Below are positions 1 through 14,039 of a DNA stretch of 64,000 bases, piece after piece. How positions within the stretch are numbered: the stretch's first letter is position 1; each line of letters starts with the position of its first letter. The DNA is from Trichosphaerium sp. ATCC 40318 (taxonomy: Eukaryota > Protista > Tubulinea), in assembly GCA_038496445.1 (NCBI GenBank), contig JALMLS010000062.1, positions 186,001-250,000 of the forward strand. The letters are read 5' to 3'. The translations under genes and the position numbers were made by a program. The notes beneath the pieces were generated by a model. It was not told the DNA's origin. It searched no databases and was given only the letters and a program-made list of their open reading frames with translations.

Positions 1-377
1 ATTTGCTTTGTTAAAATGATGTACCTCTCGCTATAAACTCTAGAAACGCTACTTCTTCGCCTTGTAGGTAGTCAAACGCAAATGGAGCAAATACCTCGTC
101 TATCGGCATATTTGCTATAAGGCTCTGTTGAGGTGTAAGTAGCACTCTACGGGCTTATAAAGTACTTGATGCTGTGGGACACGCCAAGAAATATTGCTAT
201 CGTCCAAATATTGCTGGAAATCACTATAATAGGCAGTGTTGCCTAGGGTAAAGGTGCCTCTTTTACAATTTGAGAATAGCTCTCTGTAACTTTTATTGGG
301 TACCTCGTGTTAGTGTAGACAACGACACCTCCCGCAATAAGATAAAACCAAAATAGAACCAAAAGAAGAGCGTTCAT
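1..377 (-). CDS. Pro/Thr-linker membrane glycoprotein family, copy Z (5' exons only; runs off window start)
   Basis: ATG at 377 with signal peptide MNALLLVLFWFYLIAGGVVVY; GT-AG introns; 1-117 nearly identical to 2421-2537 of copy A (tandem spacing 2420 bp). Confidence 0.8.
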
Positions 378-1045
378 GACAGCGTTTGGTAGATATTTTA
401 AAAACGTGCACAACTCACAGCGACTTTGTAGAAAAACATATTGCTTTTTTATCTGTACTACACACGTGGTTATTAATAATAGGGCGAGAAAACGATATAA
501 AAATCGATTTGTACACGAACTGATCATTTCTCAATAGTATCACCTATTTAATGTTTACTTTACAGGCAATTGCGGGTCATGAAGATAAAAAACTGTTTTA
601 TTAAATAGTCCAAAAAGGAGTAATAAAAAAGATTGGTGTTAGTGTATGTGATTAAAACTACAGAGATAGTACACCTGAGTTATCTAAAGTACGTTTATGC
701 TTTTTTTTGACACATACGTGAGAGATAAATTCAGTTGAGATATTTTTATTTTTTCCATCTTTGTAGTGGTTTTGTAAAATTACCTATTCGTTCGTTTATC
801 ACATCCTATGAGCAATACGAGGGAAATTGACAACTATGAAAGGGACGAAAAAAACCGTTTCTTCTACATAGATACATGTATGTAGGTTTATACTAGGATC
901 CATTGGAGTCTCAACATGTTTAGTCATAATGTTGTCACACTTGTTTTAGAGGATTGTGTACTGAGATTACAATGTCCAAGTTTTGACTGAACTGTTTCAA
1001 GCAACACGCAGCATTGAAAACGATATATATTTTTTACAATCATTG

Positions 1046-2808
1046 TTATGGCTTGGGAGGTTCTGGTATTACTTTACCGCGCGGCCTTACAGCACTCTTA
1101 GACAAAAGTTAGTACAAAGGAAAATGGCAAGAAAATTGTGAGAAAACGAACCCAAGAGGCAAATGGAAATACACGGTCGCGTATTGGTTTTACAAAAACG
1201 ACAAGAACTATTACTGTGAACACAACGATTGTAAGAACAATGGGTACTGATATAACCAATGCCATTGGAAATGAAGCAGAGTTACAAACGTCTGATACAC
1301 TAAATACCACAGACAACTCTCCGCCATTGTTCTCTTGCGATTGAGAAATATGTCGGCAGTCATTATCGTCAAACGGTATATCCACATCAACCTTGAAATC
1401 CTCGTCACAAAGAGTGTTGTTTACTGTCAAGAAGTGTATCTTTGTATAGCCAACGTCCGGTTCTTTTTTAAACTCGATTGTGATGTTTGTGGAGACCATA
1501 CAACCTGCGAACTACATTAGAACTAATAGAGCTTATCAAAAAAAACTGGGACTCACCATAAATTGTGACTACAGGTACGTGCTCTGTAGTGTTATGTTGT
1601 ACCAACACAATATGAGGCCCATCAAGTGATACTAAAACTACGTCTTCAAAAATAAAAAGGCGACCTACATTAAAGTGAGTTATCTCCCGCAACGTTTCTA
1701 TTACCATCAACACAAATCGCTTGTGTTGGTATGTCTCCACAACTACTTGTAGGTGGTACAGTCGTAGGCACAGATGTTGGAGGAATAGGTGTAGGTAATG
1801 TTGACGGATGGATTGGTGTTGGAGGAATAGATGTAGGTGGCAGTGTTGATGGCGGTATAGGGTCAAGTCGTTTAAGCATATTTTCAACAAAGATCCCATC
1901 TGCAAGAGTAAAATGGCTGTTTCGTAGAAATCCTAGATCTCCAAGAGCAATAAAAGATCCCAATCCTAAATATTTAGACGATAAATGAAATTGTTTACTT
2001 TTTAAAACCTTACCGTAAGTGACTTCAATAATAACATTGTAAGTTTGGCTGTTATATTGTAGTGTGCCAAGTACGCTTACATCGGATTGCTTTGGAATGA
2101 AGTACCCAAACTTATTTTTAAAGTAAATTGGTGGTGTAGTAGACACTCTCTAAATAAGATTTTATTGTAGTGTTTATACTTGTACTGTACATGAAATACG
2201 TTTTCGTTTTTGGGATCCACAATCCCAAATCCAAACATATCTGCAGAGAAGATTGTAAGATAAAACCAAAAAATATATGAGCTGAAATACAGAACAATCA
2301 CGTGATTGATGGAAACTTATTCTTTTCCAAAAAGATGTTTACCGAAAGTATTACAGAGTGTACTAATGAGCTCACAAGCAATAATAGCTTTTCCACCTAA
2401 ATCGTGCTGTAAAAAACTTAATTTGCTTTGTTAAAATGATGTACCTCTCGCTATAAACTCCAGAAACGCTACTTCTTCTCCTTGTAGGTAGTCAAACGCA
2501 AATGGAGCAAATACCTCGTCTATTGGCATATTTGCTGTAATATACTTGCGGTTGTATAAGCGACGTGGTATGGTACTAAAACAGACCTGATTCTGCGGTA
2601 CACGCCAAGAAACACCGGTATTATCCAAATATTGTTGGAAATCACTATAATAGGCAGGGTTGCCTAGAGTCCACGTGCCCCTTCGTACAAGTTAAAAATT
2701 AGCTTGAAAAGTTTTTTCTGGTATGTTGTGGTGCCTTATATTATTGTACACGACGATACTGCCTGACACAAGATGAACGCCAACGAAAAAAAAAAAGAGA
2801 GCGTTCAT
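1046..2808 (-). CDS. Type I membrane glycoprotein family, copy A (signal peptide, N-domain, PPT-rich linker, Cys-containing domain, TM, short tail)
   Basis: Multi-exon model from ORFs 2431-2628, 1670-2146, 1098-1499; motifs MPIDEVFAPF, GLGSFIALGD, KIHFLTVNNTLC and TM followed by KPIRDRVFPFAS shared with paralogues. Confidence 0.8.
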
Positions 2809-2949
2809 AACACGTGTTTGAAGCGAGAAACCAGCGAACCTAAACCAACGTTCACAGTGCACACCTACTGTAAATTTTGTTTTTAGCACCAACACAAAAT
2901 AGGATATGCTCAGCAAAGATGCTTATTTGTTCGCAAGTCCGTTATCAGC

Positions 2950-4460
2950 TAAGATGAAAGTACCATGTGATATACAATCTTTTGTGTGCTTTCAGCACAG
3001 TTGCCAGAAATGGGGAAATTTTATTTTTTTTTACCAAGTCTGGTTTTTGTTATCACGTGCGACTAAAAACTCGTATCTTACTTTGAAGTATACTACAAAT
3101 GCGAAGATACAATGATTCATTGCGTTTATACTATTCACATGCTTAATGGATAATGGCTTATCTCTAGTACACATTTTCACGATGGGAGACAGCTGGAGAA
3201 ATATGTAACTTTTGTATTTGGGAGAGTGTAGGAGAGTATTGTTATTCTCACGATGAGCACGATACACGCAACGGAACTTGTAACTACCGCTGGTAAACCC
3301 TTTTTTGACAGTTGTAGTACTAAATAGCCTTTTGTAGATCGTTCGAAAGCGAGTGACGATGCCCTCGACATTCCAAGCGATATTGAGATGCGTACAGGTA
3401 TTAGCAAAACAAATATTTACCGAGACTCCAATCGCGTTTAATAGATGCGGGTGATGATATTGACTCGGACGTAACTCTTCAAAGGAGAGTCTACGGATTT
3501 ATACTTATACTGGTTGTCAGAGTGATCTGGACATGTATTATCCCTGCTATGCTTGTAGTACGCGCTTTTCAACCACGTTATTTTTTTAGACGTGCGAGTC
3601 TGTGTATGTTATTTTCCGCAAAGTCACGTGACTTCTGTTTTTTTTTCAACATGCGTTTTTTTAAATGAAGTGTTGCGTCAATTTTCTCTGTGGTGTGTAA
3701 CTTTTCCTCAAAGGGCTTCTTACTCACTGGTGTGACGGAAGTTTTCGACAGTTCTGACAGTTCCGGTGAGGATGAAGTTTTTGGAATGGTAGGGTGTTCC
3801 ACAAAGATAATTACTTGTTGATTTTAATTTTCCTTCTATTAGATGATTGGTTTACTTGTTTTAATGTTCCTGTTCAGTGGTTTAAAAATAGTAGTTTGTG
3901 TCTTTGGCATCATACAGAGGAGCTATTTTGATATATTATCTGCTTTGATACAATCGCTATATGTCCTGCAATTCATTGTCATAGCGCCTCTAGTTTTTAT
4001 GCTAGTATTGTTTGTTATATTTCACGTTCAAAGAGCTTTGTTTGTTATGATGTACATAGTCTTTACTCTACACTTAATTTCAGCAGTAGCTGAATACGTA
4101 TTTATCCTGGTCTTGCAAAATCATAGTAGAAAAGGGTGTTTCTGTTGTGGAGGAAAGTGCTGTTGTTGTGGAAAAAAATAAACTATACTGTACAACTAAT
4201 TTGTATTGTTAACAACTTAAGTAGCATTACCTTGTTTTTCTTCGGCCTTCAATTTGTCAATTAACATACGTAAAAACAAATTGCCACATTATGTACATAT
4301 AACAGCGGTTAGAAAGGTCTGCCGCAATGGAACAGTTTTTGTTGAGCTGTTGAAAAGTTCTTGATAGTCGGTCGTGTTGATCTGTACAAAAAAGCACCTC
4401 AAACTCAACGCCACCAATACTCGCTTCCTTAAGCCAAATTAATTCGAACAAAAATACGTA
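2950..4460 (-). pseudogene. Probable decayed intron-containing gene for a low-complexity Q/H/N/K-rich protein
   Basis: GT-AG intron-like segments on the minus strand (~4190-4230, ~4249-4297, ~3364-3421); hydrophilic frames (FPQQQHFPPQQ; 3578-3802) broken by stops. Confidence 0.3.
3843..4181 (+). CDS. Possible small hydrophobic protein with Cys-string tail (may be an antisense shadow)
   Basis: 112-aa open frame with about three hydrophobic stretches, ending CFCCGGKCCCCGKK; overlaps the putative minus-strand pseudogene. Confidence 0.2.
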   Translation: MIGLLVLMFLFSGLKIVVCVFGIIQRSYFDILSALIQSLYVLQFIVIAPLVFMLVLFVIFHVQRALFVMMYIVFTLHLISAVAEYVFILVLQNHSRKGCFCCGGKCCCCGKK

Positions 4461-4730
4461 TTTGTATCCACTCCACAGCGATAATCCTTAAAGACAAATT
4501 CAATTTTTTTAATTTATTTTTCTTCCTACATCCTGTTCTCGAATCCGTTCCTGCTATCGGGTTATAATTATCGCGCCCCGTTTTAGTACACCCATAGCAT
4601 TCTATGCAACACAGCTATACATACGGGGAACGAGGAGCTGTGAAATGAATGTCCTTTTCAATGAAAACTTAAGCACACACGCCAGAAAGTTCAACTTACT
4701 CTTCATACGAAATTTGCTCCCGGCTTGCGA

Positions 4731-6069
4731 ATGATAAAGCTACTAGTATTCGTACTCTCAGTCGTATTGGCGATAGACGCTGCAGAATATCCAACTGTAC
4801 AGCGACCACCAATGTTTTCATTCAAAACGTTACCTGTATTTGCCCACGTGACCAAAGAGGCACCTTTTAACGCAACAGACCTTGATTTGCTTTCAAAATT
4901 TCAGATAGTACAATTCGATAAAGGCCAAGGCTTGAGTTTAGGAGGTAGCCAAGAGGACCGTTTTATTGCGGCTTCAAAACAGATAAAAGAAAAAAATCCA
5001 AAAATATTCACTCTCATGTACGCAAGCTGCTATCTAAAATGACGAGTCTAACTATAATATCATTAAAGGTACTATAACTCAGTCATCAACTTTCCAGAGT
5101 TTGGTCTGCTTAACATAACACGTGGGCGTTCTGATTTGCTTGTATCTTATCCAAACGGAAGTATCTTACCTTTTCCTTCGCATATGAAAGGACTGACAAC
5201 GTTTGATTTGAGCAAACCAGCTATGCGTAAGCTTCTTATTGATGACTGCTTGAATGGTATAAAAGAGGTACGTTGTGATAGGTTTTTTAGAAGCGAAGGT
5301 TAGGTTGTTTAAAGTTGATATTTTTTTAAGGGATTTGATGGATGTTTCTTTGATAGAGCCAACTGGGCAAAGCAGCTCTATGTAAGGAAAGCAATACCCA
5401 CAGGATGGACAGCAGAAATGATCCTTAGTCTTGCTGAAGGAGGTGTAACGCTTCTAAAAGAGGTTCAAGGCAATGTCACAGAAGACAATATTGTTTTGGC
5501 AAAAGAAACAACTGTGATTGTAGCAGAAGACTGGCACTACGCTAATGCGATGATGTTATCGGATGCATTCTGTACTAAACACGTAAGCGAATCATTGTAC
5601 AATCCAGATCAATGCGTCATGGATATAACAGCAGCTCAAGGCGCAGCTAAAAGGTAAGGTGAACCAAACTTGTGCCAAAAAAACAAAATGGGTTTTATTT
5701 AAGACATGTCCACGTGTTTGCACATGGCGATTGTTGGGGTTGTTTCGGAATAATTGTTTGTTTAGAGGTCAGTTGACTCAAATTCACATACTTGGACGAA
5801 GTCAAGACGACTTTGAGTTCGGACTTGCAGCATACCTCGTTTCAATGGGAAAGCTGTCATACTTTTCTTATCAAACTAAAGGCAATGCTTGGACTCTTGC
5901 TGGGTTATCTTGGCATAAGGAATACGATTACGACCTCGGTGAACCAAAAGGTGATGCTGTTAAGAACGGTTACATCTACACAAGATCATTTGCTTCTGGC
6001 ACAACTGTTTGGGTTGACGTCAAGAATCGAAATACAACAATCACATGGGGCAACTCAATGAGTGTTTGA
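4731..6069 (+). CDS. Secreted putative glycoside hydrolase (GHL15-like)
   Basis: Signal peptide MIKLLVFVLSVVLAIDA; FDGCFFDRANW motif; C-terminal YDYDLGEPKGDAVKNGYIYTRSFASG; 3 introns. Confidence 0.75.
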
Positions 6070-6392
6070 CTTTACAATAAAAAAGTCTATTCAAAGACAT
6101 CTACAGTATTGCCTAAATTGTTTTTCTGCGAGATTTGTCATAAGAGCCATTGATATGTTGAGTTTATTGTACAAAAAAACTAAAGGATGTTATAACATAG
6201 CAACGTTTGTAGTCACTTGCAGCGCTTCTTTTCAACACATGCGTAGTTATCAAACCACTGTGGTTTGTAGTGCAGTCATCTAAGCTTAGCTCAGCGTGTT
6301 ATACCTCGAGAAGCTAATAAGAGAATACAGTTTTATTAAATGACCTTTCTACAGCGTTTTTTTAGTTCGTCACATTTACTTGTGAAAGTGAC

Positions 6393-8186
6393 TCATGACA
6401 TAGGGACTTCGGACATTGCTTGCTTTCTGCGCTTTGCTACTAGAGCAGTCTAATCAAATAATTAGTTTAGCTATTAGGTAATTTTCTGAATGTAAAAAAG
6501 AGTGAAGACGAACCCGTGAAGCAAATGGAAATACACGCTCGCGTATTGGTCGAACTAATGCGACAACAAGTACTATCACCAACACAATGATTGCAACAAT
6601 GGGTAGTGATATAGCAATTGCCAATGGGAACGAGTTGGATTGACAAACGTCTGATACACTGAGTACAACAGATAACTTGCCATCATCGTTCTCTTGCGAG
6701 TATGAAACACTTCGACAGTCATTATCGCCAAACGGCACATCCACATCAACCTCGAAATCCTCTTCACAAAGAGTGTCGTTTACTGTCAGGAAGTGTATCT
6801 TTGTATTACCAACTTCCAGTTCTTTATTAAGATCGATAGTGATATTTTTAGAGACCATACAACCTGTAAGTGGCAACGTCAGAACACCCAATAATGCTAT
6901 TAAAGGTACATAGAAGAAACTGCGAAAAAAATATGTTGCAACTTACCTCCAATTGTGAGTACAGGAATATCACCTGTGGTGTTGTTTTGTACTAACACGA
7001 TCGGTGCTCCTGTCAGTGAAACAACAGTAGTATCTTGTATTATCACAAAACGACCTAAAGTTGAAGTGAGTATCGAGGATCTTTTCATACTATTGTACCA
7101 TCAACACAAATCACTTGTATTAGTGTGTTTCCACAACTACTTGGTGGCGGCGTTGGTGACATTGCTGGTGGTATTCGTGTTGTGGGAGCAATTGTAGATG
7201 GAGGAACAGTTGTTGGTGGAACAGTTGTGGGAGGTACAGTCGTTGGTGGAATCGGTTCTAGTCGTTCAAGCATACTTGTTATGAATACACTATTTTTCTC
7301 ATTGAAATTATCGTCCCTCAGAAACCCATGATCTCCAAGAGCAATGAAAGAACCCAATCCTATTTTCGTAAGTACGGCCAAAGATACGGCAACTTACCAT
7401 GAGTTACCTCAACGATAACATTGTAATTAGTGCCTTCATATGTCAGTGTTCCAAGTACTTCTACATTGAAACCAGGCGTAGGTATAGGTATAAAATAGCC
7501 AAACTTGTTTATAAACGTAGCCGGTGGTGTGGAAATTACATTCTACATCAGTTAGTTTGCGTTTATCTACCATAGTGTACAGTTGTTCCAGTCAGTGAAA
7601 CTATGTCAAATTGCAAGAAACCTATCATAAATTAATACCGCTCTGGAAAGAATCCAAAAATAAAACACGTGATTTTTAATTTTGCATCAACTGTATAAAG
7701 TCATTACCAAAAGTGCTACAGAGTCCCAACTCCACTGCCTCACAAGCCAGAAGAGCTTTTCCTCCTAGATTAGTGATTAGAAAGTTATTGAATTGGTACG
7801 AAATGATGTACCTCTTGCGATAAACTCTAGAAACTGTATTCGTTCCTCTGCTCTGTGCTCAAAACCAAAAGGAGCGAATAACTCGTCTATCGGCATATTG
7901 GCTGTTATAGACTGTTGAAGTATGTTAGTAATACGTAAGAGCTTGATAATAGTACTTGAGTGGCCGGTATTCGCCAAGGAATATTGTTGTTATCCAAATA
8001 CTCTTGAAAACCTTCGTAGAAGCCTACGGACGACATATCATTGTTGCCTAGAGTAAAGTCGCCCCTTTACAAGTTTGAAAAAGATTTGTCAAGTTTTCGG
8101 TACCTTTGCGTGTCATAAACGACAATGCTATCAGATACAAACACCAAACCAAGGCAAAAGATAGTCAAAAGGAAAAGATCTTTCAT
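6393..8186 (-). CDS. Membrane glycoprotein family, copy B
   Basis: ATG at 8186; same exon layout as copy A; PPTTV repeats; tail RPIRERVFPFASR-TALVAKRRK. Confidence 0.8.
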
Positions 8187-10475
8187 CGCACGTTGTTAAA
8201 GCTGGAAATGTCGAAAGAACAATACACCTAATTGTTAAAGCGTGATCTCCCTGGAGGTACTAAATTAGCACGTTTGTTGGAGATTAAGTGAGAATATATC
8301 GGCATTTTTTTTTTGAGAGTTACTAAAAATGGTACCGTAATAAAAAAAATTCGTGATTTGAGAATGTTAACACGTGATAGAATATAAGAGCATTCAGGTG
8401 TTGAATTGTAGAAGTTTTACAAAAACTCACTTGAAATGAGCACATCGTTTAATATTTGGTGGGCGCCAGCTGTTTTTTTGAGCGTAGACACTGTTGGGCT
8501 ACATTACTAAATTCTGTTTCTCTGTCAGCTTTCGGAAGACACTAGAGATTTAGTCACAGAACCAGGAGCAGGTGTGGCAGGCTCGCAATCGCAGCAAGAG
8601 TATTCAGCTGTTGTTTTGGTTATAATACCGCTATCACAGCCAAGATCCATCTCAGTTACAGGTAATTTGACAGCCACCACAGTCAGCAACTAAAGGAAAA
8701 CCCAAGGCAACACATTGACTTGAGTATAGTAGTGTTTTGGTCAATCCACGTGGTATATAGAACATTTTATTGTGAACTCCGCACAACAACTAAAAAACGA
8801 TATACAACGACGCAACATATAAGGCTAGTAGCTACAGTAACACAGAAGTATTTCTACAAGGAAGTGAGTCCGGAACATTCAAGTGCACTAAGATTCTAAT
8901 TCAACAGTCAAGATGGCTGTGCACTGTGAACGGGTGTTTATTGTTCTCGTTGTCCAACTTATGTAACACGCGATGAAAACTCTTGTACTTTTAGTTCTGT
9001 TTGTCCTTTGTTTTGTATCATACAGTATTGTAGTCTATGACACGGAAAGGTACCAAAAACTAGACAAGTCTTTTTAAAACTCGTAAAGGGGCGAGTTTAC
9101 TCTAGGCAACAATGATATGCCATCTGTAGACAACACAGGTTTGTACGGCGATTTTCAAGAGTATTTGGATAACAACAATATTCCTTGGCGAATACCGGCC
9201 ACTCAAGTACTAGTATCATAAGGTCTCACGCATTGCTAACACAATTCAACAGTCTATAACAGCCAATATGCCGATAGATGAGTTATTTGCTCCTTTTGGC
9301 TTTGAGCACAGAGTAGAGGAACAAGCACCGTTCCTTGAGTTTATCGCAAGAGGTAGATCCATTTCGTACCAATTCAAAGACTTGGTAATCGCTTTTAGGA
9401 GGAAAAGCTCTTCTGGCTTGTGAGTCAGAGGAGTTTGGGCTCTGTAGCACTTTTGGTAACGTTAACGGTTTTAAAAAAGTTGTAATCAAAATCGAAATCA
9501 CGTGTTTTGCACTGTCCACTATTTCTCTGTCTCAATTTAGAATAAGTTGTAAAAGTTTATTTTACTACAGGTTTCTTGCAATTTGACATAGTTTCACTGA
9601 TTGGAACAACTGTACACTATGGTAGATAAACGCAAACTAACTGATGTAGAATGTGATTTCCACTCCACCTGCTACTTTTATAAACAAGTTTGGCTATTTT
9701 ATACCTGTGCCTATGCCTGGTTTCAATGTAGAAGTACTTGGAACACTGACATATGAAGGCACTAATTACAATGTCATCGTTGAGGTAACTCATGGTAAGT
9801 TGTCGTAAATCCGTAGTCACTTACAAAAATTAGGATTGGGTTCTTTCATTGCTCTTGGAGATCATGGGTTTCTGAGGGACGATAATTTCAATGAGAAAAA
9901 TAGTGTATTCATAACAAGTATGCTTGAACGACTAGAACCGATTCCACCAACGACTGTACCTCCCACAACTGTTCCACCAACAACTGCTCCTCCATCTACG
10001 ATTTCTCCCACAACGAGAATACCACCAGCAATGTCACCAACACCACCACCAAGTAGTTGTGGAAACACACTAATACAAGTGATTTGTGTTGATGGTACAA
10101 TAGTATGAAAAGGTCCTCGATACTCACTTCAACTTTAGGTCGTTTTGTGATAATACAAGATACTACTGTACTTTCACTGACAGGAACACCGATCGTATTA
10201 GTACAAAACAACACCACAGGTGATATTCCTGTACTCACAATTGGAGGTAAGTTGCAACATATTTTTTTCGCAGTTTCTTTCTATGTACCTTTGTAGCATT
10301 TTTGGGTGTTCTGACGTTGCCACTTACAGGTTGTATGGTCTCTAAAAATATCACTATCGATCTTAATAAAGAACTGGAAGTTGGTAATACAAAGATTCAC
10401 TTCTTGACAGTAAAACGACACTCTTTGTGAAGAGGATTTCGAGGTTGATGTGGATGTGCCGTTTGACGATAATGA
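6690..10475. repeat. Inverted duplication B/C; near-identical arms ~6690-7622 and ~9570-10475 including introns
   Basis: Direct reverse-complement comparison. Confidence 0.9.
8415..8712 (-). pseudogene. Decayed small secreted Cys-containing protein
   Basis: Frame reads LPWVFL*LLTVVAVKLPVTEMDLGCDSGIITKTTAEYSCCDCEPATPAPG with in-frame stops. Confidence 0.3.
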
Positions 10476-10768
10476 CTGTCAAACTGTCTCATACTCACAA
10501 AAGAACGATGATGGCAAGTTATCTCTTGTATTCAGCGTATCAGATGTTTGTCAATCCGCGTCATTCCCATTGGCTGTTGCTATATCATTACCAATTATTG
10601 TTACTATCGTTGTATTGGTAGTACTTATTATTATCTTGTTAAAACGTGGAAAGTTTCCGTCACTTGACAGGTTCGTTTTCTTGTGATTTTTTTCCAATTA
10701 CAATGATAGCCCATTTACGTTCTTATTATAGAGTAATGAAAGACTACCAAACAGAGACTAATCAATGA
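8973..10768 (+). CDS. Membrane glycoprotein family, copy C (one-base frameshift at 10412-10415; pseudogene or read error)
   Basis: ATG 8973, signal peptide, same exon layout; GTAAAACGAC has four A where paralogues have three; tail RVMKDYQTETNQ. Confidence 0.7.
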
Positions 10769-10899
10769 CAAACCCTTACGGCAATGTTTTTGTATATTGT
10801 CTCATTAAATGCCCACAAATACCACTTATTTGCCTTTAAAGCGGTTTTATTATGTTATTGTGTTTGTTACTAAACAATAATGTTGAACGTTAAGAAGCA

Positions 10900-13270
10900 G
10901 TGTACCCTGATGCTTGTCCAAAGTATGATCAGTTTACCGACACGCTGGTTACCAATCGAAAAAAACTAGTATTCTTTGTTTTTGTTCGTACCTGTTCACT
11001 AGAATAGGCAATAACACCGTACGGGCGATTAGTAATAATAGTACTTCCGTGCTAGCTGTTTGTAAGAAAGTTAACCAGTAGAGTTTTCAGTGAACACATT
11101 TGACATGCAATGTGTCATTGTTGAGTATACAATAGCTTCGTATGGTCAGCGTAGCACTGCTACAGAACTTGCTATGCATACTCCGTTAGTGACTTGTAGT
11201 ATACTGGCGACAAATATTATTGAAGCTGTTGACTTAGCGTTGATTAAGGTGGTTAAAAAAAAATAAAAAAGAAAACGTACGCACTATTTTGTTAAAAACC
11301 TCGCTGTAACAATGAAGTTATCGATAGGTTAATCTGGCGGTAGCTAATTAGAATCAGATAGCCAACATGATTAGTAAACGCACCAGTACGTTAAAAGCGC
11401 ACTGTTGTTCTTGGATGATGTGTTTGATGCACTCTGAAATAAATGGAGGTACTAGGATACGATTTTTTGTTATTGTCTCGTTGAAAACATACGGAGCACT
11501 TTAATGAACGAATATTGACCCCTTTCAATCCAAAAAACCAACCAGGCTAAAAAAAGCGCTAGGTTAGTTGTGTCGCATGGTCACGCCAAGGCATTGATAC
11601 TGGCGCACGGTAATACACAATTGGTCACTATTTAGAAAGCATACAGCCTTTGATCCAAAATCGCAGCGAAAAACCTGGTGATAACTAAAAACTGCACGTT
11701 CTATTAAGAAACAGCGCGTATTATTTGCACAGAAGCATTAATCCATGCTTGCCTTCATCGGATAGACTAGCTTGCAATTTATACGTGCCCAACTCTAAAA
11801 AGATAGTAAGCAACAAGACATTACGTCAGAATGCGTACCAATGATGTTTGTCCAACAAGATGATTTCATACAAAGCTTCAAGAACTCAACGAAATTGCTA
11901 CAAATACACTACATTCCACCGTATAAAATCTGGCAATTGCTTCAGCGATTAGTAACCTCCGTAGAAAGTGGTGGCGTTTATAGCAAAAAAAAACCGTTGT
12001 GGTCTTGAGGCAACCAGTTGCTTACTCACAATAGAGAGGTAACTAATATTGCTCATTACTGTCGTTTAGTTTTAATTTCTAATTTTCGCTCATACTTAGT
12101 GTTCCCCTCGGAAAAGCGCATGATACATTCAGTGCAACTGTGGGCAAGCTAAACGTTTAATTTTGTAGATACCGTGTACACAGATTATTTTGAAGGTATG
12201 TCCTCGTAAGCTTTCTATTGCACTTTCTAACTATTATTCAGGCGTCAATTAACAATTTTGTATGCAATTGATATTTTCAGTCGCATCTATTCATGACTAC
12301 AATTTCACCTCACGCTCAAATAAAGCTTGAACTCGGTATGCCTGCGTTTCTATAGACAGTTTCTACACGAAGGAGCCTATTTTATACTCTAACTCTACGG
12401 CACAACAGAAATAAGATACACCTACGCGATGCGGATATACTACAGCCGGAGAAGTAGAGCAAGATTCGAAATTAAGCAAGTTGGAACTTTTTGAAGCAAC
12501 AGCCATCGTCAGGAGTAAGTTGTTGGCGTGGAATTCAAGTATTCAGGTTGCAGATAATATTGGCTTTGTAGAAATATTAAAACACCTCGTTAGCGTTCGA
12601 TATTACGTGAGTGTGGGTGTTAGCCACAAATTAAAAGGTACGAAGCATTTTCGAAGCTTTCTTGATGAAGATTCTGGCTTTACCCAAACGTTAACACGTT
12701 AAATAGTGCAACATGAGCTATTTACATGAATTCCACCGAAGAATTACCTCTTGGGCCACTGATTACTTTTTTTTTGGTTTTACATCGAAAGCGAAGTTGC
12801 ATTTCCATGCACGTACTGTACGTTTAAGACAAATTTGATTCGATTAAAGAAGGTTGTTATACATTGTATAAAACAGACCCAAACCTATCCAGAACGTATA
12901 CTCAACCCCTCACAATACGTTTCCGCGCATTAAAAGTACGAAAGCTTCATTATTTTGCATTTTTTGAATCCCATAATTTATTTACAACTGACATTTACTT
13001 AGATAAAAGGAAACCAGAATATTCATAAAGTGTATCAAGTTGAACCAGTAATATTGATACATCCACATGACGCTTGCCCAGACTTGAAAGCATGTGAGTT
13101 GTTAGCACAATACAGAAAACCCAACAAGCAAAGATACACACAGCTTAGTAACCAATGTTCCATGAGAGGCATCGGTGAATCTATCTCCGTATGGAGGGTT
13201 GTGCAATCTCTAAGTACCCGGCTTAGTAACCATATAGCATTGGTGAATCAATCTCCGTAGGAGGGCCTAT
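10900..13270 (+). pseudogene. Decayed multi-exon gene, probably a large extracellular protein
   Basis: Recognisable introns (e.g. ~12039-12099, ~12196-12241) flanking long frames with isolated stops (ASIHDYNFTSRSNKA*TRYAC...QQK*DTPTRCG...). Confidence 0.4.
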
Positions 13271-14039
13271 GGGTGCTGAAAATTAACAACGTGTTAATTT
13301 TTTGTTTTCGGCTCTTGTTGGGTTGATATATTCTCCGCAGCGTGTCGTAACTATTACTCCATTGTTCGTTCCAATCGCAGTAGTTGGTGGACATAAATAA
13401 AATGAATGTTCTTCGAGAATGTAAAGTGTAATTCCTGCCTACGCATGCTTGGTTAATTTCACGATTAATACGTTCGAAGAGTGCAAAGACTACAGAATCC
13501 AGACCAACTGCGCAAATACACGAACGTAAAGTTGTTTTAGTAGATTTTTTGCAAACCAACTCTAAATGACCTAATATCGCTGTAACTAACTAATTTTGAT
13601 GCGTTGTCGCCGACAAAATGACGTACCGGTTTTTCGCTTTGAACAGCTTGCAAGTTATTAAATAAAGCATTCTAAAACGTCACCTGCCTATTTAGACCTT
13701 TTTGGCGACGTTCCAGCAAACAAAACGTGATTTTGCCAAAGATGTAACGACACGCTAAAAACGTATTTCGTACTCTTTACTATTTCTCCGTGCGCCTGAG
13801 GTTATTATCGAGATACTATAACGCCATTCCGTGAGTAATCGATGTCTTTGCCGGTTTTTTTTAAATATTTGAAAAAGTCAAGTGGCATCGTAAATTCTAG
13901 TCAGACTGCGAAGTTTTGCCACAAATAGATTGCTACGCAGTTCGGCTCAGCTTATCGCATTTTAAGTCAAAATACTTAGCTTCTCAACCTCAACAACTCC
14001 TCTAGTACTGTCCTTCATCACAACATCATCGCCAACCTA

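Noticed and set aside
11059-11071. 13-nt match (TTTGTAAGAAAGT) complementary to the loop of small-RNA copies 1/2
   Set aside because: An AT-rich 13-mer, plausible by chance in 64 kb; not evidence of a target.
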